This document shows positions 1-12,673 of a stretch of 64,000 nucleotides of DNA, piece by piece (within the stretch, counting starts at the first letter, position 1; each line of letters starts with the position of its first letter). The translations under genes and the position numbers were made by a program. Source of the stretch: Eledone cirrhosa (Eukaryota); NCBI GenBank assembly GCA_964016885.1, contig CAXHJY010000040.1, forward strand, positions 20,283 to 84,282. Reading direction: 5' to 3'. Below the pieces are notes generated by a model. It was not told where the DNA came from. It searched no databases and was given only the letters and a program-made list of their open reading frames with translations.

Positions 1-6
1 AACTGC

Positions 7-43
<37 letters not shown>

Positions 44-174
44 AACGTGATGTGTATATATATATATATACACACACACACACGCACACATAATATGTAT
101 ATACATACCAAAGTGGTTTGCGCGTATATATATATATATAAGAGAGAGATATAGTGACTTGTGCGTGTGTGTCT

Positions 175-815
175 GAGAGAGATAGAAAGAATGTGAACGA
201 GAGAGAGGGGAGAGAGAGAGATAGAAAGAATGTGAACGCGAGAGGGGAGAGAGAGAGATAGAAAGAATGTGAACGAGAGAGGGGAGAGAGAGAGATAGAA
301 AGAATGTGAAGGAGAGAGGGGAGAGAGAGAGATAGAAAGAATGTGAACGAGAGAGAGGGGAGAGAGAGAGATAGAAAGAATGTGAACGAGAGAGAGGGGA
401 GAGAGAGAGATAGAAAGAATGTGAACGAGAGAGGGGAGAGAGAGATAGAAAGAATGTAAAGGAGAGAGGGGAAAGAGAGAGATAGAAAGAATGTGAAGGA
501 GAGAGAGAGAGAGATAGAAAGAATGTGAAGGAGAGAGAGAGAGATAGAAAGAAAGTGAAGGAGAGAGAGAGAGATAGAAAGAATGTGAAGGAGAGAGAGA
601 GAGAGATAGAAAGAATGTGAACGAGAGAGGGGAGAGAGAGAGATAGAAAGAATGTGAAGGAGAGAGAGAGAGAGATAGAAAGAATGTGAACGAGAGAGGG
701 GAGAGAGAGAGATAGAAAGAATGTGAACGAGAGAGGAGAGAGAGAGATAGAAAGAATGTGAACGAGAGAGGGGAGAGAGAGATAGAAAGAATGTGAACGA
801 GAGAGGGGAGAGAGA
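175..815. repeat. GA-rich minisatellite, ~36-42 bp unit (gagatagaaagaatgtgaac/gaag-gagagag)
   Basis: Core gatagaaagaatgtgaa repeated about 17 times, separated by variable (GA)n. Confidence 0.95.
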
Positions 816-849
816 TACGGGCACTGTATTCGTGTATGTCTTAGATAGA

Positions 850-1397
850 TAGTGTGTATGTGAGAAAGAGAGAGAGTGTATGTGAGAAAGAGAGAGAGAG
901 TGTGTGTATGTGAGAAAGGGAGAGAGTGTATGTGAGAAAGAGAGAGAGAGTGTGTATGTGAGAAAGAGAGAGAGAGAGAGTGTGTATGTGAGAAAGAGAG
1001 AGAGAGTGTGTATGTGAGAAAGAGAGAGAGAGTGTGTATGTGAGAAAGAGGGAGAGAGTGTGTATGTGAGAAAGAGAGAGAGAGTGTGTATGTGAGAAAG
1101 AGAGAGAGAGTGTGTATGTGAGAAAGAGAGAGAGAGTGTGTATGTGAGAAAGAGAGAGAGAGTGTGTATGTGAGAAAGAGAGAGAGAGTGTGTATGTGAG
1201 AAAGAGAGAGAGAGTGTGTATGTGAGAAAGAGGGAGAGAGTGTGTATGTGAGAAAGAGAGAGAGAGTGTGTATGTGAGAAAGAGAGAGAGAGTGTGTATG
1301 TGAGAAAGAGAGAGAGAGTGTGTATGTGAGAAAGAGAGAGAGAGTGTGTATGTGAGAAAGAGAGAGAGAGTGTGTATGTGAGAAAGAGAGAGAGAGC
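850..1397. repeat. ~28 bp minisatellite (gtgtgtatgtgagaaagagagagaga)
   Basis: Direct tandem copies; source of the spurious 207-aa ORF. Confidence 0.95.
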
Positions 1398-1559
1398 GTG
1401 TGTGTGTTTGATGGGGAGGGAGGAAGGGAGAGAGGGATGGGGGGGTCAGGTTACAATGTATCAACCAGTTTAATAAAAGACAGGTAAAGAGAGAGAGTAA
1501 AAAGGGACCTCGAATTGATGTATCAAACAGCTTAGCAAAGACAGGTAGAGAGAGATAGA

Positions 1560-1810
1560 AGGCGAGAGAGAGAGACAGGTAACAAGCGAGAGAGAGTGAG
1601 CAAAAGAGAGAGTGAGAGAGAGAGTGAGAGAGAGAGTGAGAGAGAGAGAGAGAGAGTGAGAGAGAGAGAGAGAAAGTGAGAAAGCGAGAGTTGGGGAAGA
1701 GAGAGAGAGAGCGAGAGAGGGAATATGAGACAGTTGGGGAAGAGCGAGAGAGACAGAGAGCGAGAGAGCGAGAGAGAGAGCGAGCGAGAGAGAGAGCGAG
1801 AGAGAGAGAG

Positions 1811-1841
<31 letters not shown>

Positions 1842-1875
1842 GAGATAGAGAGAAAGAGAGAGAGAGAGAGAGAGC
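1560..1875. repeat. (GA)n-rich microsatellite
   Basis: Seen directly. Confidence 0.95.
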
Positions 1876-2044
1876 TAGGTTACGATCAATCTATCAGCCA
1901 GCTTAGTTAAAGACAGGTAACACAACTTACAATAAATTATTTAGACCGATTCCAATATAATGTCGTAAGCCAGTCACTGAGCTATAAGCAAGGCTATTTT
2001 AATAACGTGAGAGACCACTTACCTTACCACTGTCATTTTTAGTT

Positions 2045-3023
2045 GCCTGTCTATATATTACTATATCTACCCGTCTATATATTACTATATCTACCCGTCT
2101 ATATATTACTATATCTACCCGTCTATATATTACTATATCTACCCGTCTATATATTACTATATCTACCCGTCTATATATTACTATATCTACCCGTCTATAT
2201 ATTACTATATCTACCTGTCTATCTATTACTATATCTACCTGTCTATTTATTACTATATCTACCTGTCTATATATTACTATATCTACCCGTCTATCTATTA
2301 CTATATCTACCTGTCTATCTATTACTATATCTACCCGTCTATATATTACTATATCTACCTGTCTATCTATTACTATATCTACCTGTCTATCTATTACTAT
2401 ATCTACCTGTCTATCTATTACTATATCTACCCGTCTATCTATTACTATATCTACCTGTCTATATATTACTATATCTACCTGTCTATCTATTACTATATCT
2501 ACCTTTCTATCTATTACTATATCTACCCGTCTTTATATTACTATATCTACCTGTCTATCTATTACTATATCTACCTGTCTATCTATTACTATATCTACCT
2601 GTCTATCTATTACTATATCTACCCGTCTATATATCACTATATCTACCTGTCTATATATTACTATATCTACCTGTCTATATATTACTATATCTACCCGTCT
2701 ATATATTACTATATCTACCCGTCTATATATTACTATATCTACCTGTCTATCTATTACTATATCTACCTGTCTATCTATTACTATATCTACCTGTCTATCT
2801 ATTACTATATCTACCCGTCTATATATCACTATATCTACCTGTCTATATATCACTATATCTACCTGTCTATATATTACTATATCTACCTGTCTATATATTA
2901 AGATTTTTATATTTTTTACACGACTGTATGTAAAATCCCCGGCATGTCTTTGTATTGTCCCCTTTCTTGTTGCGCCCTTGTGGCTAATAAAGAAATCTAT
3001 ATATTACTATATCTACCTGTCTA
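2045..3023. repeat. 24 bp minisatellite (ctatatattactatatctacc[c/t]gt)
   Basis: About 36 homogeneous units, interrupted at 2901-2995. Confidence 0.97.
2901..2995 (+). mobile_element. 5'-truncated non-LTR retrotransposon 3' tail inserted in the minisatellite
   Basis: Unique ~95 bp ending ccttgtggctAATAAAgaaa; flanked by the direct repeat tctatatatta (2890-2900, 2996-3006), consistent with a target-site duplication. Confidence 0.6.
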
Positions 3024-3099
3024 CGTAGCTTCCTAGCTATCTATCTGTTTAGATATCTGTCTAGTTATGTATCCATTATTCTATCTACATATCTATCTA

Positions 3100-3270
<171 letters not shown>

Positions 3271-3430
3271 ATAGATATGTAGATATATAGATGGATAAAT
3301 AAGTAGACAGATATCTATCTATATATTATTATATATATATATATATGTCTGTGTGCATATGTATAAGACAATGCAATCCATTATCCGCATATTGTCAGCA
3401 AAGCAGATCTGTTGACAATAGACACACCAA

Positions 3431-3487
<57 letters not shown>

Positions 3488-3825
3488 ACATATATATATA
3501 TATATATATATCTACACATTGTTTCTGAGAGAGGTTATATTTGCTTAAACTACGAATACCTCAAATATCTATTGAATCTACATTGTTACTTACACAGACA
3601 TATACGCATATGTATATATATACGCACACAAATGTGCATATGTATATATATACGCACACAAATGTATGTTTAACAATAGAAAGAATCTGAGGACAATCTT
3701 TAAATACGAACGAAGACCACGATGACGATATTGTTTTGGTATGTACGTGTCTATGTGTGTATATATGTGTGTGTATATGTATGTTTATATATATATATGA
3801 GTGTGTGTATGTGTATATATATATG

Positions 3826-3872
<47 letters not shown>

Positions 3873-4007
3873 GTGTGTGTGTGTGCATTCATTGGTTTCT
3901 GTTATGTGACGGCGGCCATATTGCCTTCCAGTACTTATTCTTTCAAGACTGTCACCTATTTTATCGATATGTTTCTCTGTGGAACCACTAGGTTACAGGA
4001 CATATAT

Positions 4008-4046
<39 letters not shown>

Positions 4047-4050
4047 GTGT

Positions 4051-4082
<32 letters not shown>

Positions 4083-4195
4083 AAGAGCCAGAGAGACAGA
4101 CAAGAGAGAGAATGTCCAACTATATCAATCGTAAAACTAATATTCTATTACTTTCCTGTGTAGGTTTTCCTTGTTAACGTTGCCATATATACACA

Positions 4196-4269
4196 CAGGG
4201 TGTCCCCCAAAATGTATATACACTTTCATTAGAACGCTGTTGAAGAGTGTATACATTTTTGGGACACCC
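4196..4269. mobile_element. Tiny Tc1/mariner-type MITE (TIR cagggtgtcccaaaaatgtatacac)
   Basis: TIRs cagggtgtcccccaaaatgtata / tatacatttttgggacaccc; related copies at ~8152-8248, 16497-16609, 38354-38429, 49692-49772, 51686-51766, 52280-52380, 55580-55655. Confidence 0.8.
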
Positions 4270-4296
4270 AATATATATATATATATATATATATAT

Positions 4297-4467
4297 GGGA
4301 TTATAGTCGAGACCCCGACGGCAGAGCTCAACCCGTTTCGACGGCTATTTCTGGACCCGAAATAGCCGGCGAAGTCTCGACTCTATTCCTATTACCCACT
4401 CTACTACCTAAAGTATCGAGTACTCTGGTGCGTTATGGTCCACCTGGTTCCTTACCACGCTTCCTTC

Positions 4468-4470
<3 letters not shown>
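4297..4470 (+). mobile_element. Family A short element (HHR 3' half inverted + tail), flanked by (TA)n
   Basis: Homologous to 4668-4728, 15199-15392, 22243-22340, 23077-23238, 42599-42737, 47063-47119; consensus contains GAAA-cggc-loop-gccg-TC and tail gtat(t/c)gagtac...ccttcgt. Confidence 0.75.
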
Positions 4471-4526
<56 letters not shown>

Positions 4527-4724
4527 ATAATAATCGCGAAGACCAAAATCCGAAGAGGGCTCGATTGGTTTTTCTCAGTTTCAGAAGTCCGTAATAGGTT
4601 AAAAGCAGCGATACTTCGCTTAAACTTTACTCTGTACTATTAATAATAATAATATAATATATATATATAGTCCAGAATTAGCCGTCGAAACAGCTTGAGC
4701 TCAGCCGTCGGGGTCCTACTCGTT

Positions 4725-4774
<50 letters not shown>

Positions 4775-4775
<1 letters not shown>

Positions 4776-4820
4776 GGCTGAATGAGTTGGGGTTCAGAAC
4801 CCAACGAAATTTAAGTACTT
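4775..4820 (+). ncRNA. Variant minimal type I hammerhead ribozyme (core CUGAAUGA)
   Basis: agg CTGAATGA gttggg-gttcagaa-cccaac GAAA t-ttaa-g TA ctt: 6-bp stem II, palindromic stem III loop, short stem I, one extra A in the core. Confidence 0.55.
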
Positions 4821-4949
4821 GTTTATGTTACTGTTGTAATTATTGATACTAAACTCGTCCTATGGACTGAGTGCTCTTACTCTTGGATATGTCCTAACTT
4901 TTACTACAGTATATATATATATATATATCGAGAGAGGGAGAGTCGATCG

Positions 4950-5126
4950 ACATTCGTGAAATCGGACCGAGGAAACAATGTTTCCGTTGGTCTTTCCAAT
5001 TGCTAATACTCTCTATCGGTTGCAACTCCAGGTAGAAGGAGCGACGTGAAATAAAATGCCTTGTTCAAAGACAGAAGGCATCGCCCGGTCTGGGAATCGA
5101 ACTCAAAACCTCACGCTAGGGAATCC

Positions 5127-5128
<2 letters not shown>
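4950..5128 (-). mobile_element. tRNA-derived CORE-type SINE, degenerate
   Basis: Reverse-strand B box (ggaatcgaactc) plus gtgaaataaaatgccttgttcaaaga matching the core of the 17136 copy; homologue at 21565-21744. Confidence 0.7.
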
Positions 5129-5189
<61 letters not shown>

Positions 5190-5274
5190 GTGTGTGTAAT
5201 ATAAACAAACATACTCAATTACATGTGTTTATAATATAGACATTAAATCTGACAGCGTGTGATTTCCTTTTATA

Positions 5275-5306
<32 letters not shown>

Positions 5307-5537
5307 CATATATATACACACATGTGTATATAATTTATTTTTTTCCTATTCCAAAGGAGTGTTGATGATTAAGTCTTCAATGTATGACTTGTGTCATATA
5401 ATATACATACATATATATCTATATACATGTATAGACATTATACATGTTCAGTAGAGGGTGTAGATTTTGTAGTTTATCACTAACCACCTGTGGGTGCAAT
5501 AAAACAGACACGGCACTATACTATCATAATGACAAAT

Positions 5538-5840
5538 AAGAAAGAACGAAAGAAAGAGAGAACGAAAGAAAGAGAGAACGAAAGAAAGAAAGAAAAAAAG
5601 AAAAAAAGAAAGAAAGAAAGAAAGACCTAAAGAAAGGAAGAACGAAAGAAAGAAAGAACGAAAGAAAGAAAGAACGAAAGAAAGAAAGAACGAAAGAACG
5701 AAAGAAAGAACGAAAGAACGAAAGAAAAGAAAGAACGAAAGAACGAAAGAAAGAACGAAAGAAAGAAAGAAAAGAAAGAACGAAAGAACGAAAGAAAGAA
5801 AGAAAGAAAGAATGAACGAAAGAAAGAATGAAAAAAAGAA
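5538..5840. repeat. (GAAA)n/(GAAC) tetranucleotide tract
   Basis: Seen directly. Confidence 0.95.
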
Positions 5841-5995
5841 GGATAGAAAGATGATGTGGTGGTGGAGGGAATGAGAATATTGAGAAATTGTGAGATGAGT
5901 AAAGTTTGTCATCCTTGGCTGGATTGAGTGGCGAAAGGAATCTTGGTATGCGGCATCTGTGCTAAAGCCCATCCTATCCGTGTTTTTTGTGTCAT

Positions 5996-6033
<38 letters not shown>

Positions 6034-6249
6034 TAATATACAATATATATATATATATACAGACATATAAATATATATAAACACACACACACATACTATA
6101 CATACATATATATATAAACACACACACACACATACTATACATATATAAACACACACACATACTATACATATATATATATATATAAACACACACACATACT
6201 ACACATATATGTATATAAATACACACACATACTATATATATATATATAC

Positions 6250-6307
<58 letters not shown>

Positions 6308-6660
6308 CACACACAACGGATTCACGAGAAATCGATGCATCGATTAAAAAAAAAATCTTGCGCTATTTATCCAATAGGAGTTACGTCCCTTTAAGCCGCA
6401 GGAAGAAAAGTTATTCGATAAAGATCGATAACGAGTGAGCAAAACACAATGTAATGGGTGTGGAATCAATATAATCGATTTAAAAAGAAGCCGAAAGGTG
6501 TATGCTACAGCATGACCGTAATCTGAAGAGAAAAAAACCCAGATACTAAAACTGTGGAAGAGAAATAACCAACAGTTAAAACTTAAAACATATGAAAGGG
6601 ACCAGTTGTTTCATCAACGAAATACTTGCCCGTAAAACTAACGTCTCAAGAAAGGTTTAA

Positions 6661-7231
6661 AGCAGGGTTTCCCAATTTTTTTTTCAAACACAGAAACCTT
6701 TTTGGTTCGGAAACTTTTGGAGGAAACCCCAAAGTTTAATATTGTTATAGGGTCGTAATATAAATATAATCCTCTAACTTTTTATGCAAATTAGGCTAAG
6801 CAACCGATGTATAATTTAGAGCAGGTTTCCCAAACGTATTCAAACGCAGAACCCTTTTTGGTTCCGAAACTTTGGGAGAAGCCCAAAATCTAATACGCTT
6901 ATATGGTCGTTATATAAATATAGTCATCTAACTTTTTATGCAAATTAGGCTAAGCAACCGATGTATAATTTAGAGCAGGTTTCCCAAACGTATTCAAACG
7001 CAGAACCCTTTTTGGTTCCGAAACTTTGGGAGAAGCCCAAAATCTAACACGCTTATATGGTCGTTATATAAATATAGTCATCTAACTTTTTATGCAAATT
7101 AGGCTAATCAACCGATGTATACTTTAAAGTAGGGTTTCCCAAACCTTTTCAAACGGAGAACCCTTTTTGATTCAGAAAATTTTGGAGGAACCATAAAGTC
7201 TAATACTGCTATATGGTCGTAATATAAATAT
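6661..7231 (+). repeat. ~154 bp tandem array (x~3.7) of a hAT/Charlie-like transposon left end
   Basis: Units start near 6662, 6821, 6975 and 7129 with (c)aggtttcccaaac, resembling hAT TIR CAGGGGTTCCCAAAC. Confidence 0.7.
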
Positions 7232-7235
7232 GCCC

Positions 7236-7345
7236 TACCCTGTAATGGACTGGTGTCCTGTCCAGGGGGAAGGAATGTTTTGTACTCTTAGTCGATTCAC
7301 GCCATGAAACCGGGATAAGCCCGGCAAACTGAGATGTCTGGCTTA
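7236..7345 (+). mobile_element. SINE 3' fragment
   Basis: ccctgtaatggactggtgtcctgtccagggg...gaaaccgggataagc resembles conserved SINE central/3' domains; recognised from memory only. Confidence 0.45.
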
Positions 7346-7689
7346 AGACAGACTTTAGACTTAGATCACAGCAATCCATTCTAAACAAACTAGCGGCTTT
7401 ATATCTGGCTCTGTAACCCCGATTATAACACACACATATATGTATATATATATGTATATATACATATGTGTATGTGTGTATGTGTGTGTATATATAACAT
7501 AATCATAGCATATCGCATGTAATTTGGAAAAATCATCAACATTTTAAAATTCCTTATTATTGTTGATGTTGTTACTGTTATCAATTCAACGTTGTATTTA
7601 TTTTAAGCAAACAAACGATATAATTGCGTGTGCCTGAGAAAGATATCACTCGATAAGCCTGGGAATGAGCGAGTGTGTGTCTATGTGTG

Positions 7690-7722
<33 letters not shown>

Positions 7723-7847
7723 GCACAAATGTATATATATATACACACATATACATATATACCCACACGTACAACAAAAATAACAACAGGGGAAGATAAG
7801 GATGATAAGATAGGTTCAAAGAATAAGGAAAACAATTGTGTATATAT

Positions 7848-7953
<106 letters not shown>

Positions 7954-8113
7954 GTCGTCGAGTATGAAATTTGTAGACATTTGTATTAGAGAAAACAAAT
8001 TTCTACAAATTTCATACTTGACGTTCCAATATGTATAGAGAGAAAGTGTGTGTGTGTGTGTGTGTGTGCGTGTATAGATAGATGTATGCGTGTATGTATT
8101 TCCGTGTACAAGG

Positions 8114-8146
<33 letters not shown>

Positions 8147-8351
8147 GTATATAGGGTGTCAAAGAAAATATATACACACGGATTACCTCTACAGGCCAAT
8201 ATTCATTACAATGCTGTCGAAATATGTATACCTTTTTTGAGGACACCGTATGTGTGTATATATATATATATATGTATATATTGCTGTGTGATTAATGTAT
8301 ATATAACTACATATATAAGTGTGTATGTGTATATACAACCATACAAACATG

Positions 8352-8385
<34 letters not shown>

Positions 8386-8858
8386 CAATTACAGACAGAT
8401 ATATACATAGATATATATAGAATATATATATATATATATACAATATATATAAACACACACACACATATATATATACACACACTATATATATATACACACA
8501 CTATATATATATACATATCCAGAGAGATAAGTGTTGTATGATTAAACTCGTGAAACTCATTAACATCAGACGGCGAAACTTTGACACGCTCCCCTGGATA
8601 AGGCGCCGTCTTATCTCAGGTATTTCACCAGCTCACCCCCCCCCCCCCCCACACACACATCCTCCTCTGCACCCACCACGTGTCTGCAACCTTGTCCTAT
8701 CTACCACCACCACCACTACTACTACTACTACTACAATCACCACTACTACTACTACAACCGCCACCACTACTACTACTTCCATTAAACGAAATGAACCATG
8801 TAGAATGTGTTGTACTCAAAGATCACACACATACATGTATAGATATATACACATATAT

Positions 8859-8894
<36 letters not shown>

Positions 8895-8897
8895 GAC

Positions 8898-8991
8898 TGT
8901 TTCTACTTTTGGCACAAGGCCAGCAATTACTCCAGTGTATTACTGGTACTTTATTTTATCGACCCCGTAAGGATGAAAGGCAAAGTTAACC
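8898..8991 (-). mobile_element. SINE family 1, 3' fragment
   Basis: Reverse complement of ggttaactttgcctttcatccttacggggtcgataaaataaagtaccag...ggccttgtgcc. Confidence 0.85.
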
Positions 8992-9234
8992 TTATAATAT
9001 ATACACATCACATATATATATATATAATATATACACACAAATACACACACGTGTGTGTGTATATACCACAGTGTATATGAGTGGATGTCCAATATACACA
9101 CTTGTTACTTGTGTGGAAAAAAAACGTGGTCTGAATTAATAAAACCCTAAAGTATGATTCAACGATCAACACTGTATATATATTGGTATATATATATATA
9201 TGCTTATATGTATATATATATATAGGCTTGTATG

Positions 9235-9270
<36 letters not shown>

Positions 9271-9274
9271 CTTG

Positions 9275-9314
<40 letters not shown>

Positions 9315-10314
9315 CTTGTATGTATATATATATATATATATAGGCTTGTATGTATATATATATATAGGTATTTATGTGTGTTCGTTTATGTGTAAATGCG
9401 TGTGCATGCGTATGTAAGCGTGTATATATGCATGTGAGTGTGTATGCGACTATGTGCATGTGAGTGCGTATGTTTGTACGAATCTATGTGTACGAACGTA
9501 TGTATATGTTTGTTAGTAAGTGTATGTGTGTGTGTGTGTGTGTGTATGCATAAATATATGTATGTCTGTAGGCGTGTGTGGAATGGGAAAAAATCGGTTT
9601 AGAGAATCAATATATATATTCTATGAACTGAGCGAAAGAACGCACTTGTGTGTGTTGAGAGAGAGAGATGGTGTGTTAGAGAGAGAGAGAGAGAGATGGT
9701 GTGTTAGAGAGAGAGAGAGAGAGAGATGGTGTGTTAGAGAGAGAGAGAGAGAGAGATGGTGTGTTAGAGAGAGAGAGAGAGATGGTGTGTTAGAGAGAGA
9801 GAGAGAGAGAGAGATGGTGTGTTAGAGAGAGAGAGAGAGATGGTGTGTTAGAGAGAGATGGTGTGTAAGAGAGAGAGAGAGAGGGTGTGTGTGTGCGCGC
9901 GTGTGAGAGAAAGAGAGAGTGAGCGTATGTGAGAGAAGAGAGACAGAGAACGTGAGAGAGAGAGAGAGACAGAGAACGAGAGAGAGAGAGATAGAGAACG
10001 AGAGAGAGAGAGAGACAGAGCGCGAGAGAGACAGAGCGCGAGAGAGACAGAGAACGAGAGAGAGAGAGACAGAGCGCGAGAGAGAGAGCGCAAGAGAGGG
10101 TGAGTATGTGTGTGTGTGAGAGAGAGACAAAGTGTGTGAAAGGAAGGGTGAGTCTATGAGAGGGAGAAAGAGAGAGAGTGTGTGTGTTTGTATGAGAGAG
10201 GGAAAGAGAGAGAGAGAGAGAGTGTATGTGTGTGCGTATGTGTACAACTGTGCGCTTATGTATGCGATGTATATGTTAAAGTATTTGTCGTATATGTATA
10301 TGAACGTGCGCATG

Positions 10315-10346
<32 letters not shown>

Positions 10347-10713
10347 TGTATGTATGTATGTATGTATGTATGTATGTATGTATGTATGTGTGTATGTATG
10401 TGTGTGTGTTAAAAGATCGATTAGGTTACACTGTATCTAGAACTTCGATAGGCTAAACCAATCTATAATATAATTCGATAATGAGTAGCAAGTGTTTTTT
10501 TTTTCCCTTTTGTCTTATGTTTTATTTTCCACCCCCTCCTTTTGAAAAATTCCTGCTTTTATGTGATACATATGACAAGGGTAATCCTACATCTTAAGAT
10601 CACACAATTTCCGGTAATTTCCGTCAGTGAAAAAAGACAATTTTTAATTTAATTTAATTTAATTTAAATTAAATTAAATTAACATATTTTTGATCTCTAC
10701 CCTCGAAAATACA

Positions 10714-10875
10714 GGCAGCGAATTGGCAGAGTCGTTAGAACGTCGGATAGAATGCCTTATGATATTTGTTCCGTCTTTCAGCTCCCTGAGTTCAAATCCC
10801 GCCGAGGTAAACTTTGCCTCTGCCTTTCATTCTTTCGAGGTCGATAAAAAAGGTACCAGTTTAGTACTGGGGTCG
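10714..10875 (+). mobile_element. tRNA-derived SINE family 1
   Basis: A box tggcagagtcgttaga, B box gagttcaaatccc, central gccgaggt..actttgcctttcat..ggtcgataaa..gtaccag. Confidence 0.85.
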
Positions 10876-11099
10876 CTTCTTCCTCTATATATCTTTCTCA
10901 TTTCCTATATATATCTCTCTCTCTCTCTCACACTTTCTATCTTTCTCTGGAAGATAATCTGCTGGAGAGGGATGGGCTCCACCAGGGTTAAAAGGTGCTC
11001 CAAAAAAACGCCCTATGTCAATACAGCACCCCTACGACTCTATCAGGAGTTGCGGGGCCATACATACCCTCAGAAATACACACATCTCTGCTAAATCCG

Positions 11100-11360
11100 G
11101 GTTATTAAACTTTTCCTTGCCATAATGAAAGACGTAGCCTTGTGATTTTCCTATCATTTTCAAGACAATTAAGAATTTGGAGCGATTTAATAAACAATAT
11201 AAGCAACGTTCTGTTTTCTTTTTTAGCTGGCGTTTGGAACATAACTTAACAATGGTTCTTACATCAAATTTATGATGGAATGTTTTTTAGATATAAATAA
11301 ACACTTTAAAAAATACAGTTTAATATTTATTATAGAACCAGAGCGGTTTAGAGGTTCCTG
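11100..11360 (+). mobile_element. Degenerate MITE of the family arrayed at 29.0 and 37.2 kb
   Basis: Shares aagaatttgg...gtttggaacataactta...ggttctt..ataaatta..atgg..tgttttttagatataaata. Confidence 0.6.
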
Positions 11361-11534
11361 GTAATTTTGTATAAACACGATTAAGGTTATGCCGAAAAAA
11401 CGAATCAAGCTACCCCAATTGCCCTCTCTATTAATTTCCCTAAGTTAATTATATATATATGCTTGGTGGTCACCGATCTGTCCAGCTCGTTTGTCTACCA
11501 GCATATCATGAACACATTATGCATCTCGTATGTA

Positions 11535-11608
11535 TTTTGTCTGAAGAGGACATGATTTGCTTTATGTTAAATATAAAACTTTACATCTTCGAAATATATA
11601 TAATGAAA
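11535..11608 (+). ncRNA. Minimal type I hammerhead ribozyme (family C)
   Basis: ttttgt CTGAAGA gga(c)atg...cat(c)ttc GAAA t-atat-a TA atgaaa, followed by AATAAA. Confidence 0.7.
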
Positions 11609-11765
11609 TAAATAGAGATGTTATAAAGTATATATCTTTTATTACTATTTATTACGCTTGAGGGTGGCCGACCGGGGTAGAAGCTGCTAAATGTTCGGTC
11701 GCCCTCGTGTCTCTGATTTTCAGCCCCTTGGATTTTGTCTATTATATTCCTTTGTTATATTTCGA

Positions 11766-11823
11766 ATACCTGATGATGTCACCGGATTCATACTGAACCC
11801 GGTCATTGAAATGACCATAGTAT
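11766..11823 (+). ncRNA. Minimal type I hammerhead ribozyme (separate family)
   Basis: atac CTGATGA t..accgg(a)ttca-tac-tgaa(c)ccggt..t GAAA t-gacc-a TA gtat; 4-bp stem I; AATAAA immediately after (11824-11829). Confidence 0.75.
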
Positions 11824-11881
11824 AATAAATCTTTTAAGGAATTACACCAGTCCAACCTCCTGTTATTTTATAATATATATA

Positions 11882-11976
<95 letters not shown>

Positions 11977-12144
11977 CGGGGCGAGGTGGACTAATCGTCA
12001 GGTCGAACCAAGGTAAAGGAAATAATGCTCCCATTCGTTTTTCTATTACAGAAATTGTCTACCGGACGAGGTTCTTGGCAGAACCAACATAAAACAAAGT
12101 ATTTTGCTAAAAAGGAAAAAAGAAAAAAAAAAAAAAAAAAAAGA

Positions 12145-12218
12145 ACCCGCCGGCAGCTCTAGGAATCGAACTCACAGGTTTATGATCGTGAGCGCAATAC
12201 CGTAACCACTAAGCCATC
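12145..12218 (-). mobile_element. tRNA-like head of a CORE-type SINE
   Basis: Reverse strand reads atggcttagtggttacgg...gtgagttcgattcct (A and B boxes). Confidence 0.65.
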
Positions 12219-12673
12219 ATAAGTTATCTGTGATATTAAAATGAAATGTTTAGACCAGAGAGAAATTTTAACACCAACATTTCATAAGGACACACACACA
12301 TGCACACACACATGCACACACACACAATTCCTACGTGCTAGAAATAGCAACCCAGCTTAAACCCCTTAAATTATATACACACCTACAATTTATTTTCATC
12401 GTGAAAGAAGGCTATCATTAACTAATACAACATCTTTAGCCTGAAGAATGAAAAAAAAAAAAAAAGACCAACCCTTCCTTAAATAGAGAGTGATTACAAA
12501 TGGAATAAGGTTAACCTCGAGCTAAACAACAACAATAACAGCAGCAACAATCAACACAGAGGTCTGTGAAGACCTGTGATCCAGCAGTTAGGCCGTAAGT
12601 TCAAATCCTTGACTAGGCGACGGCACATAGCGGCTGTGTCCGCGCGTGTGTGTGTGTGGGGGGGGGGGGGGTC

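Noticed and set aside
2043-2933. 296-aa (LYLPVYIL)n ORF
   Set aside because: 24-bp minisatellite artefact
4545-4640. Possible decayed hammerhead (ccgaaga-gggct...agtcc-gtaa)
   Set aside because: Both core segments deviate and stems I/III cannot be drawn convincingly
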